Shown: in pieces, positions 28,075 to 40,377 of the stretch | Position numbering within the stretch: position 1 is the stretch's first letter | Layout of the letters: every line of letters starts with the position of its first letter | Sequence record: PP400785 | Strand: one strand, 5' to 3' | DNA length: 64,000 nucleotides | From: Escherichia phage FL08 | Program-made: the position numbers and the translations under genes | The notes under the pieces: generated by a model | The model's database searches: none | Told to the model about the DNA's origin: nothing | What the model saw: only the letters and a program-made list of their open reading frames with translations

Positions 28075-28277
28075 TGCCTGCGCAAGCCCTCAAGGGGAAC
28101 ATAGGTTTTTGGGTATTTAACGACCAGGATAACCATAAACCCGTCATCATTCACATTCAAGAGGTACACCATAAAACTGCCGGGGTCTTAAAACTATAAT
28201 GATTCGCAAATCATTAATCAGACAGTTCGATGGCTCCTCGATTTTAGCTCACACTAAGGCAGTGAATCTCCAATAAA

Positions 28278-28526
28278 TTACTTCAATGTTACCACAAAGT
28301 GACGAACTGCTTTTCGCGCAGCAGAAGCCAGAGGCTTAGCATACTTAAGTTCATCTTTTTCCTGAAGCTCAGCAGCTAATGCAGTTTGAGCAGGATTCAA
28401 ATGTTTGAAATAACGCAGGATTTCAAGAGCTTCGGCTTCAACATCAATAGATGCGCCATAGTTTTCGTGACCATTATTCCATGCGTTTCGTTGCAGTTCA
28501 AGAGCGTGTTGTAATTGTTTAATCAT
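28278..28526 (-). CDS. rIII: rIII lysis-inhibition accessory protein
   Basis: 82 aa as in T4 RIII, immediately downstream of gene 31. Confidence 0.72.
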   Translation of the reverse strand: MIKQLQHALELQRNAWNNGHENYGASIDVEAEALEILRYFKHLNPAQTALAAELQEKDELKYAKPLASAARKAVRHFVVTLK

Positions 28527-28665
28527 TTAAAAATTCTCGTTAGAGATTAAAACTCGGTAGTCACGTTCTTCTGAATTTCATCTTCTTTCGACAGATCTCT
28601 CAGTTGTAGACTACCACGTAGAATTGTTCGGTTAACTTATTATTCCGACACCCAATTCATATTAT

Positions 28666-28673
28666 TATTTATA
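28666..28673 (-). promoter_or_regulatory. possible late promoter (TATAAATA) at the start of the rIII leader
   Basis: The - strand reads TATAAATA immediately after the gene 31 stop, about 140 nt upstream of rIII; could be a chance match in AT-rich DNA. Confidence 0.35.
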
Positions 28674-29009
28674 TCACTTATAAAGACACGGAATAGCTTT
28701 ATAGTGACAAGTAACGAATTTTTGTTTAATTTCTTTTGGCTGCTTAAGACCCAGAGCTACAAAAGGATGCGGAACATTTCGAATTTGACCAACTGGAAGA
28801 GAAGTCAAATCACCGACTTCGCAGAAACCTTCAGGAACATCAGGACCAACAGAGTGAACTACACACAGTTCAGGAACTTCACCTTGGACACGTTTACCAA
28901 TAATAAGTCCTGATTCTGTAACTTCTTCATCACCGGCTTGCGCAGGTTCAGAAACTAAAATAACATATTCACCGACAGCACGAATTGGTAGCTGTTGTAC
29001 TTCAGACAT
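28674..29009 (-). CDS. 31: gp31 co-chaperonin (GroES-like)
   Basis: 111 aa as in T4 gp31. Confidence 0.85.
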
Positions 29010-29065
29010 CGTTTTTCCTTTTTGTTAACAGATGAATTAATAATAACAAATAATTCTTAAAGCAT

Positions 29066-29374
29066 TTATTTACCAATAAATTGGAGTAAATGCTCAACTT
29101 TCATACCATTAACAGAAATCAATTTGTCAATAGAAAAACCTCGCCATGCACCGAGTTCAACATCAAATATCGGAATCATATCAGTAGATTCTTTCCGAGT
29201 AGATTCAGTCAATTTACCGGTTTGCATAGTTGGCATAAAGTCAGCATCACGAGTGCCTTTCATAGTACGAATAGTACCATCAGACTTTTCAAAAACCACG
29301 TTTGAAATACCCATGGACAATTTAGTTTTCAAAATTTCACGAATTGCTACTTTCTGTTCAGTTGTCAATTTCAT
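29066..29374 (-). CDS. hypothetical protein (31.1 position)
   Basis: 102-aa ORF. Confidence 0.5.
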   Translation of the reverse strand: MKLTTEQKVAIREILKTKLSMGISNVVFEKSDGTIRTMKGTRDADFMPTMQTGKLTESTRKESTDMIPIFDVELGAWRGFSIDKLISVNGMKVEHLLQFIGK

Positions 29375-29611
29375 TTATTTACCTATTACAGTTTTAATAT
29401 GGGTTGTTCCACGTTCTTTAAGAGTGGAAAGCAATTTTTGGCATTTTTCTAAATCAGATTTCCAACTATACGGTCTATCAATACAAACCCATTCTGACTT
29501 ATAATACTGCTTCCATTTAGAGAAAAAATATTTCTTATACTCTACAGCAAATGAAATGTTCTCGTTAGAATAAGAACTAATTGCTGTGAGCTGTACCAAA
29601 CGAAATTTCAT
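29375..29611 (-). CDS. hypothetical protein (31.2 position)
   Basis: 78-aa ORF. Confidence 0.5.
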   Translation of the reverse strand: MKFRLVQLTAISSYSNENISFAVEYKKYFFSKWKQYYKSEWVCIDRPYSWKSDLEKCQKLLSTLKERGTTHIKTVIGK

Positions 29612-30192
29612 TATTCACCACAGAATTCGTTGATATTTTCCCAATTTAACTTATTTAAGTTTTTCTTAGGAACATTAAACACTTCAATACCCGCATTTCG
29701 CAGAATATCATCCCAGCCAGGTTTATTTTTATCGTATGTTTCGCAATAAACCAACTTTTTAATTCCAGATTGAGCTATCGCTTTTGCACAATCTGGGCAA
29801 GGAGAAAGTGTTACATACATAGTAGCACCTTCAATTGAAGAACCATTTCGCGCAGCAAACAAAATCGCATTTAGTTCAGCATGAATTTCATTTTTAGACG
29901 ACCATTCAGAGTGAGCGCTACGGTGTTCTTTCGCCAAGACAAAGCGATCAGTTGAACCAAATGATACGCATTCAGGCTTATGGCCTTGAATGATAGTGTG
30001 TTTAGGCTTATTCAACAACCAACCTTGCTCAGCAGCATAATCACAACAGTTCACACCTCCTGCGGGTGAACCATTATATCCGGTAGAAATAATACGTCCA
30101 TTCTTTTCAATTACTGCTCCTACCTTCCAGGAGCAACATTTTGATTCTTGTGATACTAAATATGCAATTTGAAGTACTGTACTCGCTTTCAT
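29611..30192 (-). CDS. cd: dCMP deaminase
   Basis: 193 aa as in T4 Cd; zinc-binding deaminase motifs HAELNA and PCPDCAKAI. Confidence 0.93.
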   Translation of the reverse strand: MKASTVLQIAYLVSQESKCCSWKVGAVIEKNGRIISTGYNGSPAGGVNCCDYAAEQGWLLNKPKHTIIQGHKPECVSFGSTDRFVLAKEHRSAHSEWSSKNEIHAELNAILFAARNGSSIEGATMYVTLSPCPDCAKAIAQSGIKKLVYCETYDKNKPGWDDILRNAGIEVFNVPKKNLNKLNWENINEFCGE

Positions 30193-30527
30193 TTCATAAT
30201 CACCAGATAAGCAGATTTAGCAGTTTCAACACGATAAATTTCGTGACGAAGTTTAGTTATACTTTTAATAACAGAACTAATTATATTCTGCCCATCTTTA
30301 AAGCGGTTTTTCTTATCAATAAAAATTGCACCAGCCATCTTTTTGTGAAGCTCAACTGGATACTTCGTCACAATAATAGCATCATACACAGAAGGATGAA
30401 TACTATTCACTAGAGTGTCATTCATTAAAGTTATTCTAATGAACTGTGCTGTGTCAGAGTCAAGCGCTCTATGATCGCCAGTATCATTTTCAAGACAATT
30501 ATCAATTATATCAGTTAAATTCATCAT
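30189..30527 (-). CDS. hypothetical protein
   Basis: 112-aa ORF coupled to cd. Confidence 0.5.
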   Translation of the reverse strand: MMNLTDIIDNCLENDTGDHRALDSDTAQFIRITLMNDTLVNSIHPSVYDAIIVTKYPVELHKKMAGAIFIDKKNRFKDGQNIISSVIKSITKLRHEIYRVETAKSAYLVIMK

Positions 30528-30760
30528 AGTACGCCATACACCCTTTGTGCTTCAACTAATCCATCAAAATCCAATTTGAGATGTGTTATTTGGTCACCAT
30601 CACCTGGATTCACAATTACTAATACTGAACGAGGAGTTTCGGTAATAACACGAACCGATGTTTCAGGAAATCGTTCAGAAACCTTATTTACCAATTCCTG
30701 AGCAAATAGTTTAACTTTTTCTTGGAATTCTTTAACAGTAATTGGTTTTTCACTTAGCAT
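30524..30760 (-). CDS. hypothetical protein
   Basis: 78-aa ORF; early promoter upstream. Confidence 0.5.
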   Translation of the reverse strand: MLSEKPITVKEFQEKVKLFAQELVNKVSERFPETSVRVITETPRSVLVIVNPGDGDQITHLKLDFDGLVEAQRVYGVL

Positions 30761-30790
30761 TTCAATTTCCTCATTTGTTTTGGTAGAGCT

Positions 30791-30820
30791 ATAATATCAC
30801 AACTCTACCAAAAAGTAAAC
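30791..30820 (-). promoter_or_regulatory. early promoter (GTTTAC-N18-TATTAT) with flanking inverted repeat
   Basis: The - strand reads GTTTAC tttttggtagagttgtga TATTAT; inverted repeat GGTAGAG/CTCTACC flanks the -10; similar in sequence to 27382..27410. Confidence 0.5.
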
Positions 30821-30822
30821 TA

Positions 30823-31104
30823 TTAAATTGCCTTGAATTCTGATGTCTGTGATTCAAAGCGAATATCGCCTTTGATGACTAGCTCAGCATCAAGACCAAA
30901 TACGACAATGATATGCGCGGAACCCGGATACAGCGTAATTGCAATAGAATCCACCTGGTCTGGAAGCAAAGTATTCAATACATGAGTCACTTGAGCATGA
31001 ATTCGAAGCTCGGCTGCGTTATCAAGCTTTTCAAACATATTATTAGCGATAATTTGACTAAACACTACTTCTACGATTTTAGAATAAGTCGGAAACATAT
31101 TCAC
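30823..31104 (-). CDS. hypothetical protein
   Basis: 93-aa ORF. Confidence 0.5.
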   Translation of the reverse strand: MNMFPTYSKIVEVVFSQIIANNMFEKLDNAAELRIHAQVTHVLNTLLPDQVDSIAITLYPGSAHIIVVFGLDAELVIKGDIRFESQTSEFKAI

Positions 31105-31293
31105 CTCACATAATTTTCTTCAAGCCAATTAATAACATCCAACGCATTATCAAAAGTTGAACCATCTACTATTTCTTCTGTTTCATAATCAAGAATATCT
31201 AAGTCTACTCTTCCATCAACAATAGGCCATAAACAAAATAGATATTTCTTTTCTTTTTCAATTTTATCACAAAGTCGATAAATCTTTTCTATG

Positions 31294-31301
<8 letters not shown>
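31101..31301 (-). CDS. hypothetical protein
   Basis: 66-aa ORF. Confidence 0.45.
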
Positions 31302-32712
<1,411 letters not shown>

Positions 32713-32716
<4 letters not shown>

Positions 32717-32943
32717 TTATTTTTCTCAACTAATGATTGAATATAATCATGCAGATCTTTAGACGCCTTAGCCCAATTATTTTGATATTCATTTTTAAGA
32801 TTAGCACGTGATTGAGCTAATAAAACATCATTAGTTGGAGGTAAAGATTCTAACCGCTGAATCTGGCGTCCGTAAATCATTGCAGCCATCTCGGATTCAT
32901 AAATCAATCCTTTGAGATGTTCAAATTGATGCCATGAAATCAT
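32713..32943 (-). CDS. hypothetical protein
   Basis: 76-aa ORF. Confidence 0.5.
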
Positions 32944-33239
32944 TTACATTTATCCTCTTTTAACTCTTGACGATAATAACATATCATAGTTTTTTGATCA
33001 TGTACATATCGTTTTACATCATTAAGCCAAATACGAAATTCCTGGGAATCTTCAAATGGCATACCGACCCAAGCTTTACCATCAATAACTTTAACTTGCC
33101 AAGATAGTTTAGCTTCGTCATATGACTTTATTTGTACAGGCCAATTAGGATGAACTGTTTCTTTCTTTACTTCTAGAGGCTTTGTCGAACAACCAACTAG
33201 AAGACCAATAGATAATATTACTGCTGATAGTTTAATCAT
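32940..33239 (-). CDS. predicted outer-membrane lipoprotein, o-spanin candidate
   Basis: 99 aa; signal peptide with lipobox MIKLSAVILSIGLLVGC; adjacent to and overlapping the TM/coiled-coil ORF. Confidence 0.65.
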   Translation of the reverse strand: MIKLSAVILSIGLLVGCSTKPLEVKKETVHPNWPVQIKSYDEAKLSWQVKVIDGKAWVGMPFEDSQEFRIWLNDVKRYVHDQKTMICYYRQELKEDKCK

Positions 33240-33589
33240 TTAGAAAGGTCCTGGATGTCTTCTGCGAACTTGTTGAAGGAGTTGTTGATTTGTTTTTCAA
33301 CCAATCCTGGCTTACGAGCCACCACATCCGCCTTCTTTGCGTCTTTGCGCAGCTTTTCATTTTCACGCTCAATAGCAGCAATTGCCTCACGATTTTTATT
33401 ATTCATCGCGTCAATATAATTATACTGAATTCGCAAATTATTTAATGCTAAGGCGTTTTCATTGGCCGTTTTTGTAATTTCAGTAACTGATGTTTCTAAT
33501 CTTTCTACCTTATTTTTTAAAATAATAGATGTTCCGCCTAATGCTATTACAATTAATAGCAAACCTGCTGTAGTATTACTTAATTGCAT
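33236..33589 (-). CDS. predicted inner-membrane coiled-coil protein, i-spanin candidate
   Basis: 117 aa; N-terminal TM segment AGLLLIVIALGGTSIIL followed by a charged coiled-coil-like region. Confidence 0.65.
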   Translation of the reverse strand: MQLSNTTAGLLLIVIALGGTSIILKNKVERLETSVTEITKTANENALALNNLRIQYNYIDAMNNKNREAIAAIERENEKLRKDAKKADVVARKPGLVEKQINNSFNKFAEDIQDLSK

Positions 33590-34083
33590 AAAGTTTTAAT
33601 AACCTCTACAATATCATCTTGAGAAAGACCGTTAATTAAAATATGATGTTCAGCCGGAGATTTAGAAATTTTAAAGCATGCCTCAACATCTTCTGCCATA
33701 TCCGATGCACTACGATTTGGATTACTAATTCCAAGACGATGCTTTCCAGTCAAAGGATTAACGATGATATAGCATTTACAGCTATTGATATGAACATTGG
33801 GCTGAGTCTGATTAATGAACACTTCGCACTCATACTTAGCGAGTTGATTTTCTAAAAAGACTTTCATCTCTTCAACCGCATCAGGAAGCATATCGCGGGC
33901 TTGCTCAAGACGACGATTTCGATATTCTTTAATGGTAGTTTTCCGCTTGACTTGCTTAGCTAAATCTTTCTTAAGATCGGTGATATATCCAACTCGACGA
34001 TTTCCTTTGAATACAGAAATCCCATCTGTAGTATCACCGTATGCTTCAACGACCATCTCAGTAGTAATAAGCTGCAAATCCAT
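33580..34083 (-). CDS. alc: Alc, host transcription elongation inhibitor
   Basis: 167 aa as in T4 Alc, between the pseT block and rnlA. Confidence 0.78.
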   Translation of the reverse strand: MDLQLITTEMVVEAYGDTTDGISVFKGNRRVGYITDLKKDLAKQVKRKTTIKEYRNRRLEQARDMLPDAVEEMKVFLENQLAKYECEVFINQTQPNVHINSCKCYIIVNPLTGKHRLGISNPNRSASDMAEDVEACFKISKSPAEHHILINGLSQDDIVEVIKTLCN

Positions 34084-34090
34084 TATAAAG

Positions 34091-34144
34091 TCCTCATGTT
34101 ATGTCAGTAAGATTATTATAACACAACACGAGGGACTTGTAAAC
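34091..34144 (-). repeat. 54-bp promoter-leader cassette, copy 2 (copy 1 at 18835..18888)
   Basis: tcctcatgttatgtcagtaagaTtaTtataacacaacacgagggacttgtaaac. Confidence 0.8.
34115..34144 (-). promoter_or_regulatory. early promoter (GTTTAC-N18-TATAAT) for alc
   Basis: The - strand reads GTTTAC aagtccctcgtgttgtgt TATAAT, then a leader with GAGGA SD before the alc ATG. Confidence 0.6.
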
Positions 34145-34147
34145 AGC

Positions 34148-35735
<1,588 letters not shown>

Positions 35736-35757
35736 AATAAAATGGGCCTTGCGGCCC
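35736..35757 (-). terminator. GNRA-loop hairpin between nrdB and denA
   Basis: The - strand reads GGGCC-GCAA-GGCCC followed by AUUUUAUU and then the denA AUG. Confidence 0.5.
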
Positions 35758-35762
35758 ACTCC

Positions 35763-36941
35763 TTAAAAGTATTTTTTAAAACTCATCATAACTTTATCAT
35801 CAACATCATTATCAATCTGTGCAACAAGGTAAGATGACAGTTCTACTTCTTGTGGCGCGGATTGAACATTATCAGAATTAAGATATTCACGAATCCAAGG
35901 ATACGGATGTTTAACCGGAGCATCGGTAATTGGGCATGGAAGACCACACTGTTTCATACGAGATACAGTTAAGTAATCAATAAAGCTCCACATGCTATTT
36001 GTATTTAATCCAGGAACATCGCCGTCTTTAAATAAATGAACTGCCCAATCTTTTTCTTGGCGGTTAACTTCCATGAAAATATCAACTGCTTCTTGTTCAC
36101 ACTCTTGAGCAATTTTAACCCATTCATCGCCATCAGTACCAGATTGAAGTTGACGAATAATATATTGGGTGCCTTTAAGGTGAAGCTGTTCATCGCGTGC
36201 AATGAACTTCATAATCTTGGCATTACCTTCCATGATTTCCATGTTTTTATGGAAGTTAAAGGTACATGCGAAAGATACATAAAAACGAATAGCTTCCAAT
36301 GCGTTGATTACATGCAAACAGAGGTAAAGAGATTTCATTAGCTCATGCTTCCAATATGTCTCATGCTCAATAGCATCTTCAATAACGTCTTCGTCTGCAT
36401 TAATTTCTTTTTGGTATTCGATATCAGCTTTAGCGTTTTCCCAATAACGAGTTTTAATCAGAACATCATCATAATAACGTCCAATGGATTCAGCACGTTT
36501 CATAATAGCTTCATCTAATACAATCTCATCAAATACCTTCGATGGATCAGTATAAAGATTTCGCATGATATGTGTATATGAACGGCTGTGAATAGTTTCA
36601 CTAAAAGTCCATGTAGCAACCCATGTATCAAGACTCGGGTCTGAAATTAATGACATAAGTACAGCAGATGGCGCACGACCCTGAATGCTATCCAAAAGTG
36701 ATTGATACTTCAGGTTATTAGTAAAAATATTTTGCTGATACTGAGGAAGCTTATTAAACTGTGCAGCATCCATCATTAAGTTTACTTCTTCAGGACGCCA
36801 AAAAAATGATAAAGATTTCTCAATAAGTTCTTCAAATACTCTATGTCGTTGAATATCATATCGAGCTAAACCCAATCCAGAACCAAAAAACATCGGCTCA
36901 GTCAAAATATTAACAGGGGATGTATTAAAAACTGTACTCAT
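35763..36941 (-). CDS. nrdB: ribonucleotide reductase small subunit, uninterrupted
   Basis: 392-aa continuous ORF, so no group I intron as in T4 nrdB. Confidence 0.92.
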   Translation of the reverse strand: MSTVFNTSPVNILTEPMFFGSGLGLARYDIQRHRVFEELIEKSLSFFWRPEEVNLMMDAAQFNKLPQYQQNIFTNNLKYQSLLDSIQGRAPSAVLMSLISDPSLDTWVATWTFSETIHSRSYTHIMRNLYTDPSKVFDEIVLDEAIMKRAESIGRYYDDVLIKTRYWENAKADIEYQKEINADEDVIEDAIEHETYWKHELMKSLYLCLHVINALEAIRFYVSFACTFNFHKNMEIMEGNAKIMKFIARDEQLHLKGTQYIIRQLQSGTDGDEWVKIAQECEQEAVDIFMEVNRQEKDWAVHLFKDGDVPGLNTNSMWSFIDYLTVSRMKQCGLPCPITDAPVKHPYPWIREYLNSDNVQSAPQEVELSSYLVAQIDNDVDDKVMMSFKKYF

Positions 36942-37579
36942 TTAGAATCCTTAAATTTACATTTATCATAATGCCATCTTAAAGCATTGCCTTTATTAAC
37001 TTTCTTGCCACAATGCGGACAAGGCGGATACTCTGTACCTTGCTTAGTTCTCAAAGAAATCAAATCACGGGTTTCTTTAGTATGAGGAACATCTCTTGTC
37101 GGAGAGATTGTACCATACATCGGATTAAGCACGCCGACTTTAGCAGCAGCTATATTCTTTTTAGCTTCTTCGGTTTTAGGTTTTCTCATGCGAGCTAAAT
37201 GCTCTTTGGTAAATTTCCTTCCTTTAAGGGCTCTACTTATCTTTTCTCTGGTTTCCATAGAAACTTCACGTCCTGTAGCAGCTTCAGATAAACGTCGTCT
37301 ACCTAATTCGTACAGTTGAGAAGAAATTTTATATGAGCGATTTTTACCAGTCAAGCACATTAAACCAAAAGCTTTCTTTAATCCTGGAGTGTCATATATT
37401 TTACATAAAAGCCAATGAGCTATAAAATGCTCTCTACCTGTTAATTCAACTAAATTTTCCTTATCATCAGAACCTCCCATACATTTAGGGATTATATGAT
37501 GTGTCTCTTTATATTCTAGTAAAGATTCCCGAGCCTGAGCTCGGGAAATTAGGTCGTTATAGATTTTTTGATAATTCAT
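36938..37579 (-). CDS. mobE: HNH homing endonuclease inserted between nrdA and nrdB
   Basis: 213 aa; HNH region ...THHIIPKCMGGSDDKENLVELTGREHFIAH; ATG overlaps the nrdA stop and its stop overlaps the nrdB ATG; same position as T4 mobE. Confidence 0.75.
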   Translation of the reverse strand: MNYQKIYNDLISRAQARESLLEYKETHHIIPKCMGGSDDKENLVELTGREHFIAHWLLCKIYDTPGLKKAFGLMCLTGKNRSYKISSQLYELGRRRLSEAATGREVSMETREKISRALKGRKFTKEHLARMRKPKTEEAKKNIAAAKVGVLNPMYGTISPTRDVPHTKETRDLISLRTKQGTEYPPCPHCGKKVNKGNALRWHYDKCKFKDSK

Positions 37580-39843
37580 TACAATTTACATGCTGCGCAA
37601 TCATCGGCTTTTGGAGTTTCTATTTCATAATCATCAGTACCAGAACCATCGCGGGTATTATGATAATAGAAATTTTTTCCGCCAAAATACCAAAAATACA
37701 AAAGGTCATCAATCATTATTGACATTGGAACCTTGCCTTTAGGGAAGATTTGGGGGTCATAGTATGTATTCGCCGAAGCTGATTGACAAACCCATTTCAG
37801 CATAATAGCTACCTGCGTAAGATAAGGTTTATTACCTTTCTTAGCTAATTTCCATGTATAGTCGTAAAGGTCTATGTTATGCTCAATATTGGGCACGACC
37901 TGATTAAAGGAGCCCTCTTTTGATTCTTTAACAGAGACTGGTCCACGTGGAGGCTCGATACCGTTTGTACTGTTAGAAACTTGGGAAGATGACTCACATG
38001 GCATAAGTGCTGATAATGTGCTATTACGGATGCCAAAGAGCTTAAGGTCTTCCCGCAGCGACGACCAGTCACAAACGTATTTTGGAGCTGCGATTTGGTC
38101 AATCTTTTTATTGTACCAGTCGATAGGTAATTCGCCTCGAGACCAACGAGTGTCTGAATAATATTCGCAAGGTCCTTTTTCTTTGGCGAGCTTAATGGAT
38201 GCTTTAATGAGTCCATACTGTAATCTCTCAAATAGTTCATGTGTTAAATCGTTAGCATCTTCATAAGAAGCAAAGTTACTTGCCAGCCAAGCTGCATAGT
38301 TGGTAACACCTACGCCAAGGTTTCGACGCTTTTTAGCTTTTTCTGCTTCAGGAACTGGATATCCTTGATAATCCAAAAGATTATCAAGAGCACGAACTTG
38401 AACTTCTGCCAATTCATTAATTTTATCTTGGTCTTGCCAGTCAAAATTATCTAGTACGAATGCAGAGAGAGTACACAATCCAATTTCAGCATCAGGACTG
38501 TTCACATCATTTGTTGGAATAGCAATTTCACAGCACAAGTTACTCTGACGAATAGGTGCCTTTTCACGAATAAACGGAGTATAGTTATTCGTATTATCAA
38601 TGAACTGCACATAAATCCTTGCTGTTCCTGAACGTTCAGTCATGAGCAATTCAAATAGTTCACGGGCTTTAATACGCTTTTTACGAATATTAGGGTCTTT
38701 TTCTGCTGCTTCGTATAATTCACGGAAACGGTCTTGGTCTTTAAAATAAGAATAATAAAGCTCGCCACCCATTTCATGCGGACTGAACAAAGTAATGTAA
38801 TCGTTCTTTCCGAATCGTTCCATCATCAAATCATTCAGCTGAACACCATAATCCATATGACGAATGCGGTTTTCTTCTACGCCTTTGTTATTTTTCAAAA
38901 CGAGAAGATTTTCAACTTCCAAATGCCAAATAGGATAATAAGCAGTAGCAGCGCCGCCACGAATTCCACCCTGTGAGCATGATTTAACTGCAGTCTGAAA
39001 ATGTTTCCAAAAAGGAATAACACCAGTATGACGTACTTCACCCATGCCAATCTTAGAACCTTCGGCACGAATCATACCAACATTAATACCAATTCCAGCG
39101 CGTTTAGAGATATATTCAACAATTGAAGCGGAAGCCTTATTGATAGACTTCAATGAATCACCTGCCTCAATAACAACACATGAACTAAACTGTCGAGTCG
39201 GAGTACGACAACCAGCCATAATAGGAGTTGGCAATGAAATCTGTCGAGTAGATACTGCTTCATAAAAACGGATAACATGTTTTAATCTATCAACAGATTC
39301 ATCTTGATGCAGTGCCATTCCAATAGTCATAAATGCAAACTGCGGAGTTTCATAAATTTGACCGGTGGTTTTATCTTTGACTAGATATTTTTCTTTTAAT
39401 TGCATCGCTCCGGAATAAGTAAATTCCATATCCCGCTCGTGCTTAATTTTTGATTCTAAAAATGTAATTTCTTCCGCAGAATATTTTGACAATAATTCAG
39501 GGTCATATTTCCCTTCATTTACGCAATAAGAAATATGGTCAATAAATGAACGCGGTTCATACTGCCCGTAAACATGCTTACGAAGAGCAAACATTAAACA
39601 GCGTGCAGCTACATATTGATAATCAGGCTCTTCAACCGAAATAGAATTCGCAGCAGCCTTAATGACAATAGTCTGAATATCATCAGTTGTCATTCCATCA
39701 CGGAGATAAGATTTAATATTTTCATATAATTCATAAGGATCTACTGATGTTCCTTCAGCTGCCCAAGATAAAACTTTAATAATTTTTTGTGGGTCGAAGC
39801 TCTGAGAAACACCACTACTTTTGATAACATTAATTAATTGCAT
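37579..39843 (-). CDS. nrdA: ribonucleotide reductase large subunit
   Basis: 754 aa as in T4 NrdA; N-terminal ATP-cone and C-terminal Cys pair (CAACKL). Confidence 0.95.
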   Translation of the reverse strand: MQLINVIKSSGVSQSFDPQKIIKVLSWAAEGTSVDPYELYENIKSYLRDGMTTDDIQTIVIKAAANSISVEEPDYQYVAARCLMFALRKHVYGQYEPRSFIDHISYCVNEGKYDPELLSKYSAEEITFLESKIKHERDMEFTYSGAMQLKEKYLVKDKTTGQIYETPQFAFMTIGMALHQDESVDRLKHVIRFYEAVSTRQISLPTPIMAGCRTPTRQFSSCVVIEAGDSLKSINKASASIVEYISKRAGIGINVGMIRAEGSKIGMGEVRHTGVIPFWKHFQTAVKSCSQGGIRGGAATAYYPIWHLEVENLLVLKNNKGVEENRIRHMDYGVQLNDLMMERFGKNDYITLFSPHEMGGELYYSYFKDQDRFRELYEAAEKDPNIRKKRIKARELFELLMTERSGTARIYVQFIDNTNNYTPFIREKAPIRQSNLCCEIAIPTNDVNSPDAEIGLCTLSAFVLDNFDWQDQDKINELAEVQVRALDNLLDYQGYPVPEAEKAKKRRNLGVGVTNYAAWLASNFASYEDANDLTHELFERLQYGLIKASIKLAKEKGPCEYYSDTRWSRGELPIDWYNKKIDQIAAPKYVCDWSSLREDLKLFGIRNSTLSALMPCESSSQVSNSTNGIEPPRGPVSVKESKEGSFNQVVPNIEHNIDLYDYTWKLAKKGNKPYLTQVAIMLKWVCQSASANTYYDPQIFPKGKVPMSIMIDDLLYFWYFGGKNFYYHNTRDGSGTDDYEIETPKADDCAACKL

Positions 39844-40160
39844 AAGTCCTCAACTTGAAAATCGTCTTTAAACACTCGGTTAACTATATGAGCTATTATA
39901 TCACCATGACACGGCTTTGGTTTACATGTGCATCCTAGCCTCATTCCACGTAAAGGCTCTAAATGTGCTTTAGTTATTTCTCCGGATTTAATTCGACGTA
40001 TAAAATCTTTTTTGAATAATTCAATGGCAGCCTCCCGGCTGCCAGCATCTTTACCGACGTAATTTCCCCAAAATGTACCGCGGTGAATATTAACATCAAA
40101 GTCGGATTTGTATTTATTCACTACCCGGCATAGACGGCCCACGCTGGAATAATTCGTCAT
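39834..40160 (-). CDS. hypothetical protein (nrdA.1 position)
   Basis: 108-aa ORF. Confidence 0.5.
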
Positions 40161-40377
40161 ATTGTTTTTCCGTTAAAACAGTAATATCGTAGTAACAGTC
40201 AGAAGAAGTTTTAACTGTGGAAATTTTATTATCAAAATACTCACGAGTCATTTTATGAGTATAGTATTTTTTACCATAAATGGTAATAGGCTGTTCTGGT
40301 CCTGGAACTTCTAACTCGCTTGGGTTAGGAAGTGTAAAAAGAACAACGCCAGAAGTATCTTTAAATCGTAAAATCAT
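40114..40377 (-). CDS. hypothetical protein (nrdA.2 position)
   Basis: 87-aa ORF. Confidence 0.45.

Noticed and set aside
28050-28199. 49-aa + strand ORF (MKMQDLLALPAQALKGN...) in the non-coding stretch near rIII
   Set aside because: No Shine-Dalgarno, opposite to the transcription direction of the whole block, and it would start inside the neighbouring ORF; more likely the region is non-coding RNA or regulatory DNA.
28075-28277. Possible tRNA or tmRNA-like gene in the GC-richer gap
   Set aside because: No GTTCRANYC T-loop or D-loop consensus and no cloverleaf could be drawn by eye on either strand; retained only as a possible structured-RNA region in the findings.
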